This document shows positions 28,656-37,918 of a DNA stretch of 64,000 nt, piece after piece. Every line of letters begins with the position of its first letter. The first letter of the stretch is position 1. The DNA lies in the NCBI GenBank assembly GCA_930980855.1, contig CAKNIZ010000003.1, positions 32,338 through 96,337 on the forward strand, read 5' to 3'. A program made the position numbers and the translations under genes. This DNA comes from an uncultured Clostridium sp. (GTDB lineage: Bacteria; Bacillota; Clostridia; TANB77; CAG-508). A model generated the notes under the pieces. It made no database searches. It saw only the letters and a list, made by a program, of their open reading frames with translations, and was not told the DNA's origin.

Positions 28656-29549
28656 ATGGAAGTAAAAGAAATTGTAAAAAAATTAAGTTATTACACACCA
28701 GAGTTGCCAAAAGAAGCAATAAAAGAAGCTCTAAAGAAAAAGGATGAGATGATTCCTGAATTATTAAAAATGTTAGAATATACAAAAGAAAATGTGGAGA
28801 AAATTTACAATGAAGAGGATAAATTTTTTGGGTACACTTATGCATTTTATATATTGGCAGAATTAAAGGAAAAAAGAGCATTTCCATATTTAATAGATTT
28901 GATGAAAAAAGATGAACAGGTAGTAGAATATATATTAGGTGATGAATATCCAGAGGATTTGCAAAGATTACTTGCAAGTACATATGATGGAAATGACAAT
29001 GCATTATTTGAAATAATTGAAAATAAAGAAATAAATGAGTATGTTAGAAGCTGTGCATTACAAACTTTTTCAATATTATATTTATACGGAGTGAAGGAAA
29101 GAGAATTTTTAGTAAATTATTTTAAAAAGCTATTAGAGCAAAAAGAAGATGATGATAATTCATATTTATATGACGAAATTATTGAAGAAATATGTGATTT
29201 AAAATTAATTGAATTAAAGGAAAAGATTGATTTAATTTATAATGATAAAGAAAGAGAAGAACACAAGAAGGTATTAGAAGATGGCAAAGAAATAAATAGA
29301 AATGTTTTTCCATTAAAACCATGTTATGAATACATATATGATACTGTTGGAATAATGGAAGAATGGCAATGTTTTTGTTATAAGGAAGATGAGGAATTTA
29401 AAAATTCAGATGATTATAAAATATGTAAATTTATAATTTTACAAAGAGAAAACGAACATCATCAAAACACCTATAAAGTGGGACGTAATGATTTATGTCC
29501 ATGTGGAAGTGGCAAAAAGTACAAAAACTGTTGTGGTAAAAATGCGTAA
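28656..29549 (+). CDS. DUF1186-like protein with a C-terminal SEC-C metal-binding motif
   Basis: The C-terminus [20 protein letters not shown] is the SEC-C motif. I chose the ATG at 28656, after GAGGGA. Confidence 0.8.
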   Translation: MEVKEIVKKLSYYTPELPKEAIKEALKKKDEMIPELLKMLEYTKENVEKIYNEEDKFFGYTYAFYILAELKEKRAFPYLIDLMKKDEQVVEYILGDEYPEDLQRLLASTYDGNDNALFEIIENKEINEYVRSCALQTFSILYLYGVKEREFLVNYFKKLLEQKEDDDNSYLYDEIIEEICDLKLIELKEKIDLIYNDKEREEHKKVLEDGKEINRNVFPLKPCYEYIYDTVGIMEEWQCFCYKEDEEFKNSDDYKICKFIILQRENEHHQNTYKVGRNDLCPCGSGKKYKNCCGKNA

Positions 29550-29596
29550 AACCCTTATAAAATAAGGATTTATAAAAATCAAAAAAATCGAAAATT

Positions 29597-29711
29597 TTGT
29601 CCACAGTGGACAGTTGTCCACGATTTGTCCACATAAATTTAATTTTGTGGACAAAAGGAAAGAAAACCCTTATATATCAACGAGAATCTACGTGGACAAA
29701 TTTGTGGACAT
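29597..29711. repeat. Cluster of seven TGTCCAC / GTGGACA motifs (candidate arm-type or regulator sites; DnaA-box-like)
   Basis: TTGTCCACA at 29597-29605 (+). CTGTCCACT at 29605-29613 (-). TTGTCCACG at 29614-29622 (+). TTGTCCACA at 29625-29633 (+). TTGTCCACA at 29646-29654 (-). TTGTCCACG at 29691-29699 (-). ATGTCCACA at 29703-29711 (-). Confidence 0.7.
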
Positions 29712-29724
29712 AGTTATCTAAAAT

Positions 29725-29750
29725 GTCAGCATTCGAAATGCTGGCATTTT
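29725..29750 (+). terminator. Terminator-like hairpin upstream of int
   Basis: CAGCAT-TCGAA-ATGCTG is followed by GCATTTT. Confidence 0.4.
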
Positions 29751-29789
29751 CCGTTTCACTAAATATTTTAGTGAAGGAGAGAGATAATT

Positions 29790-31100
29790 ATGGTAAGCGT
29801 AAGAAAACGTGGAAAGGTATATGAATACCGATTTGAAATAGCAACAGTTGATGGAACAAGAAAATGGATAACGAAGTCAGGTTATTCAACAAAATCAGAA
29901 GCATTTAAGGAGGGAGCAAAAGCCTATAATGATTATTATTACAATGGAAACAAAGTACAATTAAAAGAAAATATGTCCTATGCAGATTTTTTAGATTATT
30001 GGATAGATACTTATGCTAGTTTTAATTTGCATTATTCGACTACAATATCTTATATAAATATTATTAAGAATCACGTTAAGCCGAGAATAGGATTTTATAA
30101 ATTATGGCAATTAGATACAAGATTATTGCAAGAATTTATAAATAAAATATATGTTGAATATGCTTTTTCTAAAAATTATATGGCAAGTATTTTGAAAGTT
30201 GTTAAAGGTTCTCTAAAGTATGCGTGTTATACATTAAATTATATTAACACTGATCCGGCAGAACACGTTCATACTCCAAGAATAGATAAAATTGATACTG
30301 ATCCTGCACACATATTTACTCAAGAGGAAATAGAGAGAATATTGGAGAGATTTAAAGGAACACACTCAATTTATTATTCATTTTTAACTGCTTATTATAC
30401 AGGAATGAGAGTATCTGAAGTATATGGGTTGACTTGGGACTGCATTGATTTCAATAAAAAGACATTGACTATAAATAAAAATATAATCAAAAAAAATCAA
30501 TATGGATTACCAAAAAGAAAAAATATTACTAAAGGACATTCGGTTGGAGTTTGGTATTATGGAGATTGTAAAAATCCACAAAGTAAAAGAACTATATCTA
30601 TTGGTGATACTTTAGTAAATGCTTTAAAAGAATATAAAAAAGAGCAGGAGGAAAATCAAAAGTTTTATGGCGACTCATATCTTTATTATTATGAAAAGAG
30701 AGTATTAAATGATATTACTAAAAAAGAGGAAATAAAATTAGTTGAAGCAAAAGCAGAATTAGAAGTTGCTTTACCAAAGGCTGAATTAGTTTTTGTTAAA
30801 GAAAATGGACAGTTTTTAGGAACTGATTCGCCAAAATACGCGTTTAAAGTAATTCATTATGAATTAGGTATTAATAGTAGATTTCACGATTTCAGAGATA
30901 CGCACGCAACTAGGTTAATTGAAAATGGTGCAGATATTAAAGCAGTATCAAAAAGATTAGGACATTCTAGCATACAAACTACTTATAATATTTATGTTAA
31001 AGTTACAAACAAAATGGAAACTGAAACAGTAGATAAATTTGAAGAATATACTAATACTTTAAATATTCCTCAAACATTAGAAATTCCATATCAAGTATGA
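29790..31100 (+). CDS. int: Tyrosine site-specific integrase with an AP2-like N-terminal arm-binding domain
   Basis: The N-terminus VRKRGKVYEYRFEIATVDGTRKWITKSGYSTKSEA is AP2-like. The catalytic region carries ..TGMRVSEVYGLTW.. and HDFRDTHATRLIENGADIKAVSKRLGHSSIQTTYNIY (R..HxxR..Y). Confidence 0.92.
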   Translation: MVSVRKRGKVYEYRFEIATVDGTRKWITKSGYSTKSEAFKEGAKAYNDYYYNGNKVQLKENMSYADFLDYWIDTYASFNLHYSTTISYINIIKNHVKPRIGFYKLWQLDTRLLQEFINKIYVEYAFSKNYMASILKVVKGSLKYACYTLNYINTDPAEHVHTPRIDKIDTDPAHIFTQEEIERILERFKGTHSIYYSFLTAYYTGMRVSEVYGLTWDCIDFNKKTLTINKNIIKKNQYGLPKRKNITKGHSVGVWYYGDCKNPQSKRTISIGDTLVNALKEYKKEQEENQKFYGDSYLYYYEKRVLNDITKKEEIKLVEAKAELEVALPKAELVFVKENGQFLGTDSPKYAFKVIHYELGINSRFHDFRDTHATRLIENGADIKAVSKRLGHSSIQTTYNIYVKVTNKMETETVDKFEEYTNTLNIPQTLEIPYQV

Positions 31101-31165
31101 TTTATACATTTTTTTTTCTCTAATAAGTAATATAATATTTATAAGAAAAAGGAGTGTGATCATAA

Positions 31166-31315
31166 ATGAGTAAAATAAAGTTAAAAGTAGATAGTTTAGA
31201 ATACGGAATGCTTGTGAATGGATTAGTTGAATTAAGGAACAAGTTATTAAGAGAAAAAGAAGATACAACTCCTATTGATGAATTATTAATAAAATTAGTA
31301 GATAAGAAAGGATAA
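31166..31315 (+). CDS. Small conserved ICE protein (49 aa), paralog of the ORF at 55574-55780; not in the supplied ORF track
   Basis: AAAGGAG lies 8 nt upstream of the ATG at 31166. The translation is MSKIKLKVDSLEYGMLVNGLVELRNKLLREKEDTTPIDELLIKLVDKKG. It shares LxNxLLREKEDTxPxDExLxK and an identical 24-nt string (TTATTAAGAGAAAAAGAAGATACA) with 55574-55780. Confidence 0.5.
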   Translation: MSKIKLKVDSLEYGMLVNGLVELRNKLLREKEDTTPIDELLIKLVDKKG

Positions 31316-31322
31316 AGATAAA

Positions 31323-31619
31323 ATGATAGAAGATTATAGTAAAAGATATCCGGAATATAATCGTGGATACTGGTTTTCACAAAGAAATCAAAGATTTTTA
31401 TACTCTTATGATAAGAACAATAGAGCATTTTATTTAATTGATGAACAAGAACAAAATATAACGAAGATAGATAATGAAGAATGTATTAGACTGTTAAGAA
31501 ATACTTATGCACTACAACTTGAACAAGGACTTATTGATTGGCTTATAAATGAAGAAAAATCGGGATTAAAGTATTTTAAAAATATAGATGAGTTAGAAAA
31601 ATACTATGATGAGATGTAA
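31323..31619 (+). CDS. Hypothetical protein
   Basis: 98-aa ORF, closely spaced after the small ORF and followed by a terminator. No family recognised. Confidence 0.45.
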   Translation: MIEDYSKRYPEYNRGYWFSQRNQRFLYSYDKNNRAFYLIDEQEQNITKIDNEECIRLLRNTYALQLEQGLIDWLINEEKSGLKYFKNIDELEKYYDEM

Positions 31620-31633
31620 AAATAACATATTTT

Positions 31634-31664
31634 GAACTGGTAATAAAATATCAGTTCTTTTTTT
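31634..31664 (+). terminator. Rho-independent terminator
   Basis: GAACTGG-TAATAAAATA-TCAGTTC is followed by TTTTTTT. Confidence 0.7.
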
Positions 31665-31739
31665 GTGCCTTGAAATGGCAGTACATAGCCATCTTATTTA
31701 TATAAGGTGGCTAAATATAAAAGAAAGGAGGAGATGAAG

Positions 31740-32564
31740 ATGTCACAATGTAAGGTAATTGCAGTTGCTAATCAAAAGGGTGGAGTTGGTAAAACAACAA
31801 CGGCTTTTAGTACAGGAGTTGCATTATCTCAAATGGGTAAGAAAGTTCTTTTAGTGGACGCTGATCCACAAGGTGATTTAACGACTTATATGGGTTGGTA
31901 TGAACAAGATAAATTACCTTTAACATTAGCAGATTTAATGGAACAGTCTATGAATGATGAGCCAATAAAAGTAAAAGAAGCAATATTACACCATAAAGAA
32001 AATGTAGACTTAATTCCTGCTAATTTGGATTTGTCGGCAATGGAAATGTCATTAGTCAATGCAATGAGTAGGGAGTACACTATGAGAAATTGTTTGTCAG
32101 AAATCAAAAAAGATTATGATTATATTATAATGGACTGTATGCCAAGTTTAGGTATCGTAACAATAAATGCTCTTGCTAGTGCAGATAGTGTTATTATTCC
32201 AGTTCAATCACAATTTCTTGCTGCAAAAGGTATGACGCATTTATTAAAAACAATTTCTAAAGTAAGAAGACAGATTAACCCAGATTTAAAAGTAGATGGT
32301 GTATTACTAACTTTGGTAGATAAAAGAACAAATTTATCAAAAGAAGTAAAAACACAACTACAAGAAAATTATGGAAGTATGTTCAATTTCTTTGAAACAC
32401 AAATACCACTTGCAGTAAAAACAGCAGAATCAACTTCACGAGGTAAGAGCATATTCACTTACGATAAAAACAGTAAAGTGGCAGAGGCATATTCTTCATT
32501 TGCAAAGGAGGTGGTTGATATTGGCAAAGAACGAAACAAAAATGCCGTTTGCAAAGTTAGATGA
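31740..32564 (+). CDS. parA: ParA/Soj-family partition ATPase
   Basis: Deviant Walker A VANQKGGVGKTT, plus ..LVDADPQGDLT.. and ..IIMDCMPSLG.. I chose the ATG at 31740, after AAGGAGG. Confidence 0.9.
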   Translation: MSQCKVIAVANQKGGVGKTTTAFSTGVALSQMGKKVLLVDADPQGDLTTYMGWYEQDKLPLTLADLMEQSMNDEPIKVKEAILHHKENVDLIPANLDLSAMEMSLVNAMSREYTMRNCLSEIKKDYDYIIMDCMPSLGIVTINALASADSVIIPVQSQFLAAKGMTHLLKTISKVRRQINPDLKVDGVLLTLVDKRTNLSKEVKTQLQENYGSMFNFFETQIPLAVKTAESTSRGKSIFTYDKNSKVAEAYSSFAKEVVDIGKERNKNAVCKVR

Positions 32565-33459
32565 CTTGTTTACAACAGAAGAAGAACGACAAACGGCTAA
32601 TTTAGAAAAAGTTATTGATATACCAATAACAGAAATTGAAGACTTTCCAAATCACCCATTTAAAGTTATTGTAAATGATGAATTAAAGGAAATGGCAAGT
32701 AGTATAGAAAAAGATGGTGTTCGAGAGCCTGCATTAGTAAGACCAATAGGAAATGGTAAATACCAAATGATTTCTGGACATAGAAGAAAGAAAGCAAGTG
32801 AAATTGCAAACAAAGAAACTATGCCCTGCATTGTTAGAGATTTAACAGATGAGCAGGCTGCAATAATAATGGTTGATAGCAACTTGCAACAAAGACAAAA
32901 AATATTATTTAGTGAAAGAGCATTTGCTTATAAAATACGAATGGAAGCCGAAAAACATCAAGGTAAGAGAACAGATTTAACTTCGTGCCAAGTTGGCACA
33001 AAGTTGAGAACTGATTTGAAACTTGCCGAAAAAAGTGATGATAGTGCTAGACAAATACAAAGATATATAAGACTGACTGAACTAATAAAGCCATTACTTG
33101 ATATGGTGGATAGTGAAGAAATTGCATTTAGTCCGGCAGTAGAACTTTCATTCCTTACAAAGCAAGAACAAAAATGGCTTATGAATAGTATTGAATGTAA
33201 TGTTGCTACACCATCATTATCACAGGCACAAGAAATGAAACGATTAAGTCAAAGTGGGAAGTTAAGTGAAGATAAAATTGAAGAACTATTGAGTCAACAA
33301 AAGCCAAATCAAGTGGAAAAATTAAAACTTGATTTCAAAAACTTAACTCCCAAAATGCCAAGAGGTATGCCAAAGGAAAAGTATGCCGATCACATTTACA
33401 AAGCATTGGACTTTTACAACAAGTATTTGGAAAAAAAGCGAAGTATGGAAGCAAGGTAG
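32542..33459 (+). CDS. parB: ParB-like N-terminal (ParB/Srx) domain protein
   Basis: ..IEDFPNHPFKV.., ..EPALVRP..GKYQMISGHRRKKA.. (ParB box II-like) and an HTH-like middle. It overlaps the end of parA. Confidence 0.85.
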   Translation: MPFAKLDDLFTTEEERQTANLEKVIDIPITEIEDFPNHPFKVIVNDELKEMASSIEKDGVREPALVRPIGNGKYQMISGHRRKKASEIANKETMPCIVRDLTDEQAAIIMVDSNLQQRQKILFSERAFAYKIRMEAEKHQGKRTDLTSCQVGTKLRTDLKLAEKSDDSARQIQRYIRLTELIKPLLDMVDSEEIAFSPAVELSFLTKQEQKWLMNSIECNVATPSLSQAQEMKRLSQSGKLSEDKIEELLSQQKPNQVEKLKLDFKNLTPKMPRGMPKEKYADHIYKALDFYNKYLEKKRSMEAR

Positions 33460-33506
33460 TGGGAGTATTTTTTACGAAAAATCCCTCCTTACAAACCTCC
33501 CTAGTA

Positions 33507-33530
33507 TATTACTAACTGTATTACTAACTG
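33507..33530 (+). repeat. Tandem 12-bp direct repeat (TATTACTAACTG x2) downstream of parB
   Basis: Two perfect adjacent copies, read directly from the sequence. Confidence 0.6.
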
Positions 33531-33604
33531 AAAAAAAATATATAATTACACAAATGCAAAAATTATTGTTTTAGATTATACTGGAATCAAAGGAAGTGAT
33601 TGGT

Positions 33605-34207
33605 ATGAAAAAGAAAATTGTATTTGTGATTTTTCTAGTGATTTTACTTGCAGTATTGAGTGTAGTATTTGTTGGAAATATGGCAAATGAAAGGAAAGAG
33701 GTGGAAAAAAGTGTTGTGAATGAAACAAGTGATGTTCCAGAGATAAATGAGGTAGAGAAAGAGGAAGAAACAGTTGAGAAAACAGAGCAAGAGTCTACTT
33801 CAAATGGATTAACAGAGGAAAAACAAGAGGAGCGAGAAGAAACTGAGGCTCAAAAAAGTAATGAAAAACAGCCTACTGTGATCCAAAAAGAAGAAAGTAA
33901 TAAATCTGTTAAAACGGAGCAAAGCGAGAGTAAACCTCAAATCCAAGAGGAACAAAAACAGGAACAGAAGCCACCTGCTACGAGCAATGTTCAAGAACAA
34001 ACACCAGTACCACAAGTAGACGAGGAATACGAAAGGTTAAAAAAGCAGGTAGAATATGCTACTTACGAGGAATGTCAAAAAGCAGGGTTTGAAAAAGCCT
34101 TTGCAGATACAGTAAATATATTGGGTTTTAGTTGTCAGGAAATAATTTATAAAGGCGAAGTTTTAGGATATAAGTTACACCTTGATTATACAAATCCAAT
34201 GGAATAA
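33605..34207 (+). CDS. Membrane-anchored E/Q/K-rich protein with a small C-terminal globular domain
   Basis: MKKKIVFVIFLVILLAVLSVVFVG is a TM anchor. It is followed by a low-complexity acidic linker of about 110 aa, then ..YATYEECQKAGFEKAF.. Confidence 0.5.
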   Translation: MKKKIVFVIFLVILLAVLSVVFVGNMANERKEVEKSVVNETSDVPEINEVEKEEETVEKTEQESTSNGLTEEKQEEREETEAQKSNEKQPTVIQKEESNKSVKTEQSESKPQIQEEQKQEQKPPATSNVQEQTPVPQVDEEYERLKKQVEYATYEECQKAGFEKAFADTVNILGFSCQEIIYKGEVLGYKLHLDYTNPME

Positions 34208-34223
34208 AGAATAATTTTAGTGG

Positions 34224-34255
34224 AAGCGACCATAAAACGGTTGCTTTTTTTATTT
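34224..34255 (+). terminator. Rho-independent terminator
   Basis: AAGCGACC-ATAAAAC-GGTTGCTT (one G-U pair) is followed by TTTTTT. Confidence 0.55.
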
Positions 34256-34276
34256 TTAGAAAGGAAATGATTAGAT

Positions 34277-37048
34277 ATGAAATGTAAAAAATTATTATCA
34301 GTATTACTAATTGCATTAACATTGTTTGAAGTGTTTTCTTTTACAATGCCAGCAATAGTTAGTGCAGCAACAAACGCAACATTATCACACCCCAAAGTGC
34401 CAGATGTATGGTACACAAGACGTGGTGGTGGAAAGCCTTATATGTCAGCACAATATGAAACTTATACAATGAATGGAAAAGTCGTTTATTGTATTGAGCC
34501 GGGAATTGATATTGCAACAACAAGTTATTTAGGTTATGACGGTTTGCAATCATCTCCATATAGTGCAGAAATCAATAAGAAAATAGAACTTATTGGTCAT
34601 TATGGATACGATTATCCCGGACATCAAACATTAAGATATAGAATGGCTACACAAGCCCTTATATGGGAAACAACAGGAGGTCAAATTGTAGAGTTCTGGA
34701 CACAAGCCTCTGGACACGGTGATTATATCAATATAGACGCAGAGAAAAATGAAATAATGAGATTAGTAAATTCTCATTACAATAAACCTAGTTTTAATGG
34801 AACAAAACAAGAAGCAGTAATCGGGCAAGAATTTAAACTTACTGATTCAAATGGTGTATTAAGTGAGTATGAGGTTTATAGTTCTGATGGACTTTCTGTA
34901 AGAATTGATGGAAATGATATTTATATCACACCTCTTGAAGTAGGTGAACAAACATTAAATGTAGTAAGAAAACATTATGATAATTTTACAACTATTGTGT
35001 ATTTAGGAAATGGAGTAAACTCTCAAAAAATGGGATATTTTAGATTTTCTGATCCAGTAGTTGCTTCTGTTAAAGTTGATACAAAAGGTGGAGATGTAAC
35101 AGTAGAGAAGAAAGATAATGATACACAAACAAATGAGCCACAAGGTGTTGAAGCAACATTAGAGGGTGCAGTTTATGGTATTTATAATCTTAATGATGAA
35201 TTAGTTGAGAAAGTTACAACTAAGGCTGACGGAACAGTTACAAGTCCAATTTTGCCAGACATTGGAACATTTTATTTGCAAGAAATCAGTCCAAGTACAG
35301 GATATGAACTTGATACAAATAAATACTATTTTGAAATTACTACCGAAGATTTACACCCTGCAATAAGTGTGTATGAACAAATTATCAAAAGAGATGTGGA
35401 AATCAACAAGTATTATGCTAGTCCTGAAACAGGTATTTTAAAACCAGAAGTAAATATCGAATTTGGTATTTATGATAGTAAAGGAAATCACGTTACAACA
35501 GTTAAGACTGACGAACAAGGTTACTCAAAAGTTAATCTCGTTTATGGCACATATACTGTAAAACAACTTAATACAACAGATGGACACGAGAAAGTAAAAG
35601 ACTTTAAAATAGTTGTTAATGGAAACTCACCACAAACAATTAGATACGCTTTATCAAATGCCCCAATTACTGCAAAATTAAAACTTGTAAAAACAGATTC
35701 TGAATCAGGAAAAGTTATACCTTATGAAAATGTAACATTTAAAATCAAAAATCTTGATACAGGAGAATATGTATGTCAAAAAGTAACTTATCCAGATAAA
35801 GAAGAAATCTGTGAGTTCAAAACCGATGAAAACGGTGTGTTTATCACTCCTTATCCTTTAACAAGTGCCACTTATCAAATCGAGGAACTAACCAGTCCGT
35901 CTGGATACCTTTTAAATGAAGAAGGTATTGTATTTAGACTAGATGAGAACAGTACAATTATAGAAGATGATGAGTATGGAAAATATATTGAAGTTGAGTT
36001 TGCTAATGATAAGATAATGGGTGAAGTTGTAATTGAAAAGACAGGAGAAGCATTTACTGTTGAAGATGGAAAATACTCTTATGAAGAAATCAAATTGAGT
36101 GGAGTAGAATTTTCAATTTATGCAGATGAAGACATCATTACTCCAGACGGTGTTACTCATCATAAAAAGGGCGAGTTCATAAAATCTATTGAAACAGGAT
36201 CAGAGGGAACTGCCACATTTACTGACCTTTATTTAGGAAAATATTTAATCAAGGAAACCAAGACAGTAAATGACCACGTTATAGATACAACGGAACACAA
36301 AGTAGAATTAACTGAAATTGATAATAAAACTGCTGTTGTATCTGAAACATTAAAACTAAAAAATGAATTGAAAAAAGCAGAACTTGAATTCACTAAAACA
36401 GATTTAGTAAATGGAGAGCCAATTCCTAATACAATAATTGAAATTTATGTAGAAGATACAAATGAACTAATTTTCACAGGAGAAACTGATGAGAATGGTA
36501 AAATTATTATTACTGATTTAGTTGCAGGAAAAAAATACTATATTTTAGAAAAAGAAAGTGCAACAGGATATGTAATAACAGATGAAAAAGTCACTTTTGA
36601 AATTACAGAAGATGGCGAAGTAGTAAAAGCAGAAATGAAAAACAAACCTATTACTGGAACATTAGAATTTACAAAAGTAGATTTATCGACAGGAACACCA
36701 CTACCAGATACTTTAATCGAAATTTATAATGAACAAGATGAATTAGTATTTAGTGGTAGAACTGATGAAAACGGAAAAATTGTCATTGAAGAAATGAGAT
36801 ATGGACGTTACTATATTTTGGAAAAGGAGGCACCGGCAGGATACGTTCTTAATGAAGAAAGAATGTATTTTGAGATTAGAGAAGATGGTGAAATCGTAAA
36901 AGCGACAATGGAAAATGAAAAAATTGTTGTTGAAGTTCCTAATACAGGAATTAACGATTATCATTTAATTGAAATCTTTGGTGGCTTACTAATTATAAGT
37001 GGAATAGGAGTTGTTGTTTATGTTAAAAAAAGAAAAAAACAACAATAA
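34277..37048 (+). CDS. Cell-wall-anchored adhesin: thioester (TED) domain plus multiple CnaB/SpaA-type domains and a VPNTG sorting signal
   Basis: A signal peptide is present. The thioester motifs are VYCIEPG (about 34483) and TQALIWE (about 34650). Repeated CnaB-like units occur (e.g. LEFTKTDLVNGEPIPNTIIEIY..GYV twice, about 36373-36910). The C-terminus is VPNTG followed by a hydrophobic helix and KKRKK. Confidence 0.85.
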   Translation: MKCKKLLSVLLIALTLFEVFSFTMPAIVSAATNATLSHPKVPDVWYTRRGGGKPYMSAQYETYTMNGKVVYCIEPGIDIATTSYLGYDGLQSSPYSAEINKKIELIGHYGYDYPGHQTLRYRMATQALIWETTGGQIVEFWTQASGHGDYINIDAEKNEIMRLVNSHYNKPSFNGTKQEAVIGQEFKLTDSNGVLSEYEVYSSDGLSVRIDGNDIYITPLEVGEQTLNVVRKHYDNFTTIVYLGNGVNSQKMGYFRFSDPVVASVKVDTKGGDVTVEKKDNDTQTNEPQGVEATLEGAVYGIYNLNDELVEKVTTKADGTVTSPILPDIGTFYLQEISPSTGYELDTNKYYFEITTEDLHPAISVYEQIIKRDVEINKYYASPETGILKPEVNIEFGIYDSKGNHVTTVKTDEQGYSKVNLVYGTYTVKQLNTTDGHEKVKDFKIVVNGNSPQTIRYALSNAPITAKLKLVKTDSESGKVIPYENVTFKIKNLDTGEYVCQKVTYPDKEEICEFKTDENGVFITPYPLTSATYQIEELTSPSGYLLNEEGIVFRLDENSTIIEDDEYGKYIEVEFANDKIMGEVVIEKTGEAFTVEDGKYSYEEIKLSGVEFSIYADEDIITPDGVTHHKKGEFIKSIETGSEGTATFTDLYLGKYLIKETKTVNDHVIDTTEHKVELTEIDNKTAVVSETLKLKNELKKAELEFTKTDLVNGEPIPNTIIEIYVEDTNELIFTGETDENGKIIITDLVAGKKYYILEKESATGYVITDEKVTFEITEDGEVVKAEMKNKPITGTLEFTKVDLSTGTPLPDTLIEIYNEQDELVFSGRTDENGKIVIEEMRYGRYYILEKEAPAGYVLNEERMYFEIREDGEIVKATMENEKIVVEVPNTGINDYHLIEIFGGLLIISGIGVVVYVKKRKKQQ

Positions 37049-37670
37049 GAAAGGCAAAAAGAGTCAACTTTTAATAGTTGGCTCTTTGCTTATCTTAATT
37101 GGAGTTAGCGTAATTGGAATGAAAATATTTCTTGATATGAGAACAGATAATTTAGAAGATAAAGCACTTGTAGAATTTTATGAGGAACAAGAAAAAGTAG
37201 ATGAAGATTTACCTACTGAAACAGAAGAAACAGAAAGTAAAGATAATGAAGTGAAACCAACTAATTCATTAAATTATATTGCAGTTTTGAAAATACCAAG
37301 TATAAACCTTGAAAGAGGTTTAGTTGCAAAAGATAGTTACTACAATAATGTAAATCGAAATATCAAAATTCTTGACGAATCAGATATGCCAGATCAAGAA
37401 AATGGAAATGTAATTTTAGCAGCACATAGTGGAAATGGAAGAACTGCATTTTTTAGAAATCTTGATAAAATGCAAATAGATGATACAGTAAGCATTTTCT
37501 ATAATGGCTATGAATATAAGTACCGTATGATTAACACTTATGATATTGAGAAAACTGGTACTGCTGAAATAACAAGAAATGGACAAAAAAGCACATTGAC
37601 ACTTATTACTTGCAGACACAATACAAATAAACAAATTGTAATCATTTGCGAATTAGTTGAAAAAATATAA
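37020..37670 (+). CDS. Sortase
   Basis: A TM anchor, AAHSGNG (His), TLITCRH (catalytic Cys, about 37600). It overlaps the end of the adhesin gene. Confidence 0.88.
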   Translation: MLKKEKNNNKKGKKSQLLIVGSLLILIGVSVIGMKIFLDMRTDNLEDKALVEFYEEQEKVDEDLPTETEETESKDNEVKPTNSLNYIAVLKIPSINLERGLVAKDSYYNNVNRNIKILDESDMPDQENGNVILAAHSGNGRTAFFRNLDKMQIDDTVSIFYNGYEYKYRMINTYDIEKTGTAEITRNGQKSTLTLITCRHNTNKQIVIICELVEKI

Positions 37671-37684
37671 GGAGGAACGCATAT

Positions 37685-37918
37685 ATGGAAGCGAAATACA
37701 ATTTGAATTTAATTACCAAGACATTAGAAAAATTATTCAAAGCAGGGTTTAATACTGATAAAAAAATACTTGCTATGCAGATGTCAGATTTAAAGAAAAT
37801 ACCAACATTATCTTCTAATGAAATAATGATAATTATAGAGTTTAAGGAAGCAATTAAAAATAAAGATATAATTGCTTTTTTAAGTGGAAATCAAGGGAAA
37901 GGAAATGAGAAACAATGA
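37685..37918 (+). CDS. Hypothetical protein
   Basis: 77-aa ORF with GGAGGA upstream. It overlaps the next ORF by ATGA. Confidence 0.45.
   Translation: MEAKYNLNLITKTLEKLFKAGFNTDKKILAMQMSDLKKIPTLSSNEIMIIIEFKEAIKNKDIIAFLSGNQGKGNEKQ

Noticed and set aside
29597-29711. The DnaA-box-like cluster as the chromosomal replication origin.
   Set aside because: There is no dnaA/dnaN, no AT-rich unwinding element context and no strand-bias switch here. The cluster sits at an ICE-chromosome junction next to an integrase, so element-specific protein binding sites are the more economical reading. It is kept as a finding, but not called oriC.
33383-33574. 63-aa ORF overlapping the end of parB and the downstream gap.
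   Set aside because: It is out of frame with parB, has no SD, and runs across the tandem 12-mer and hairpin. It is most likely non-coding.
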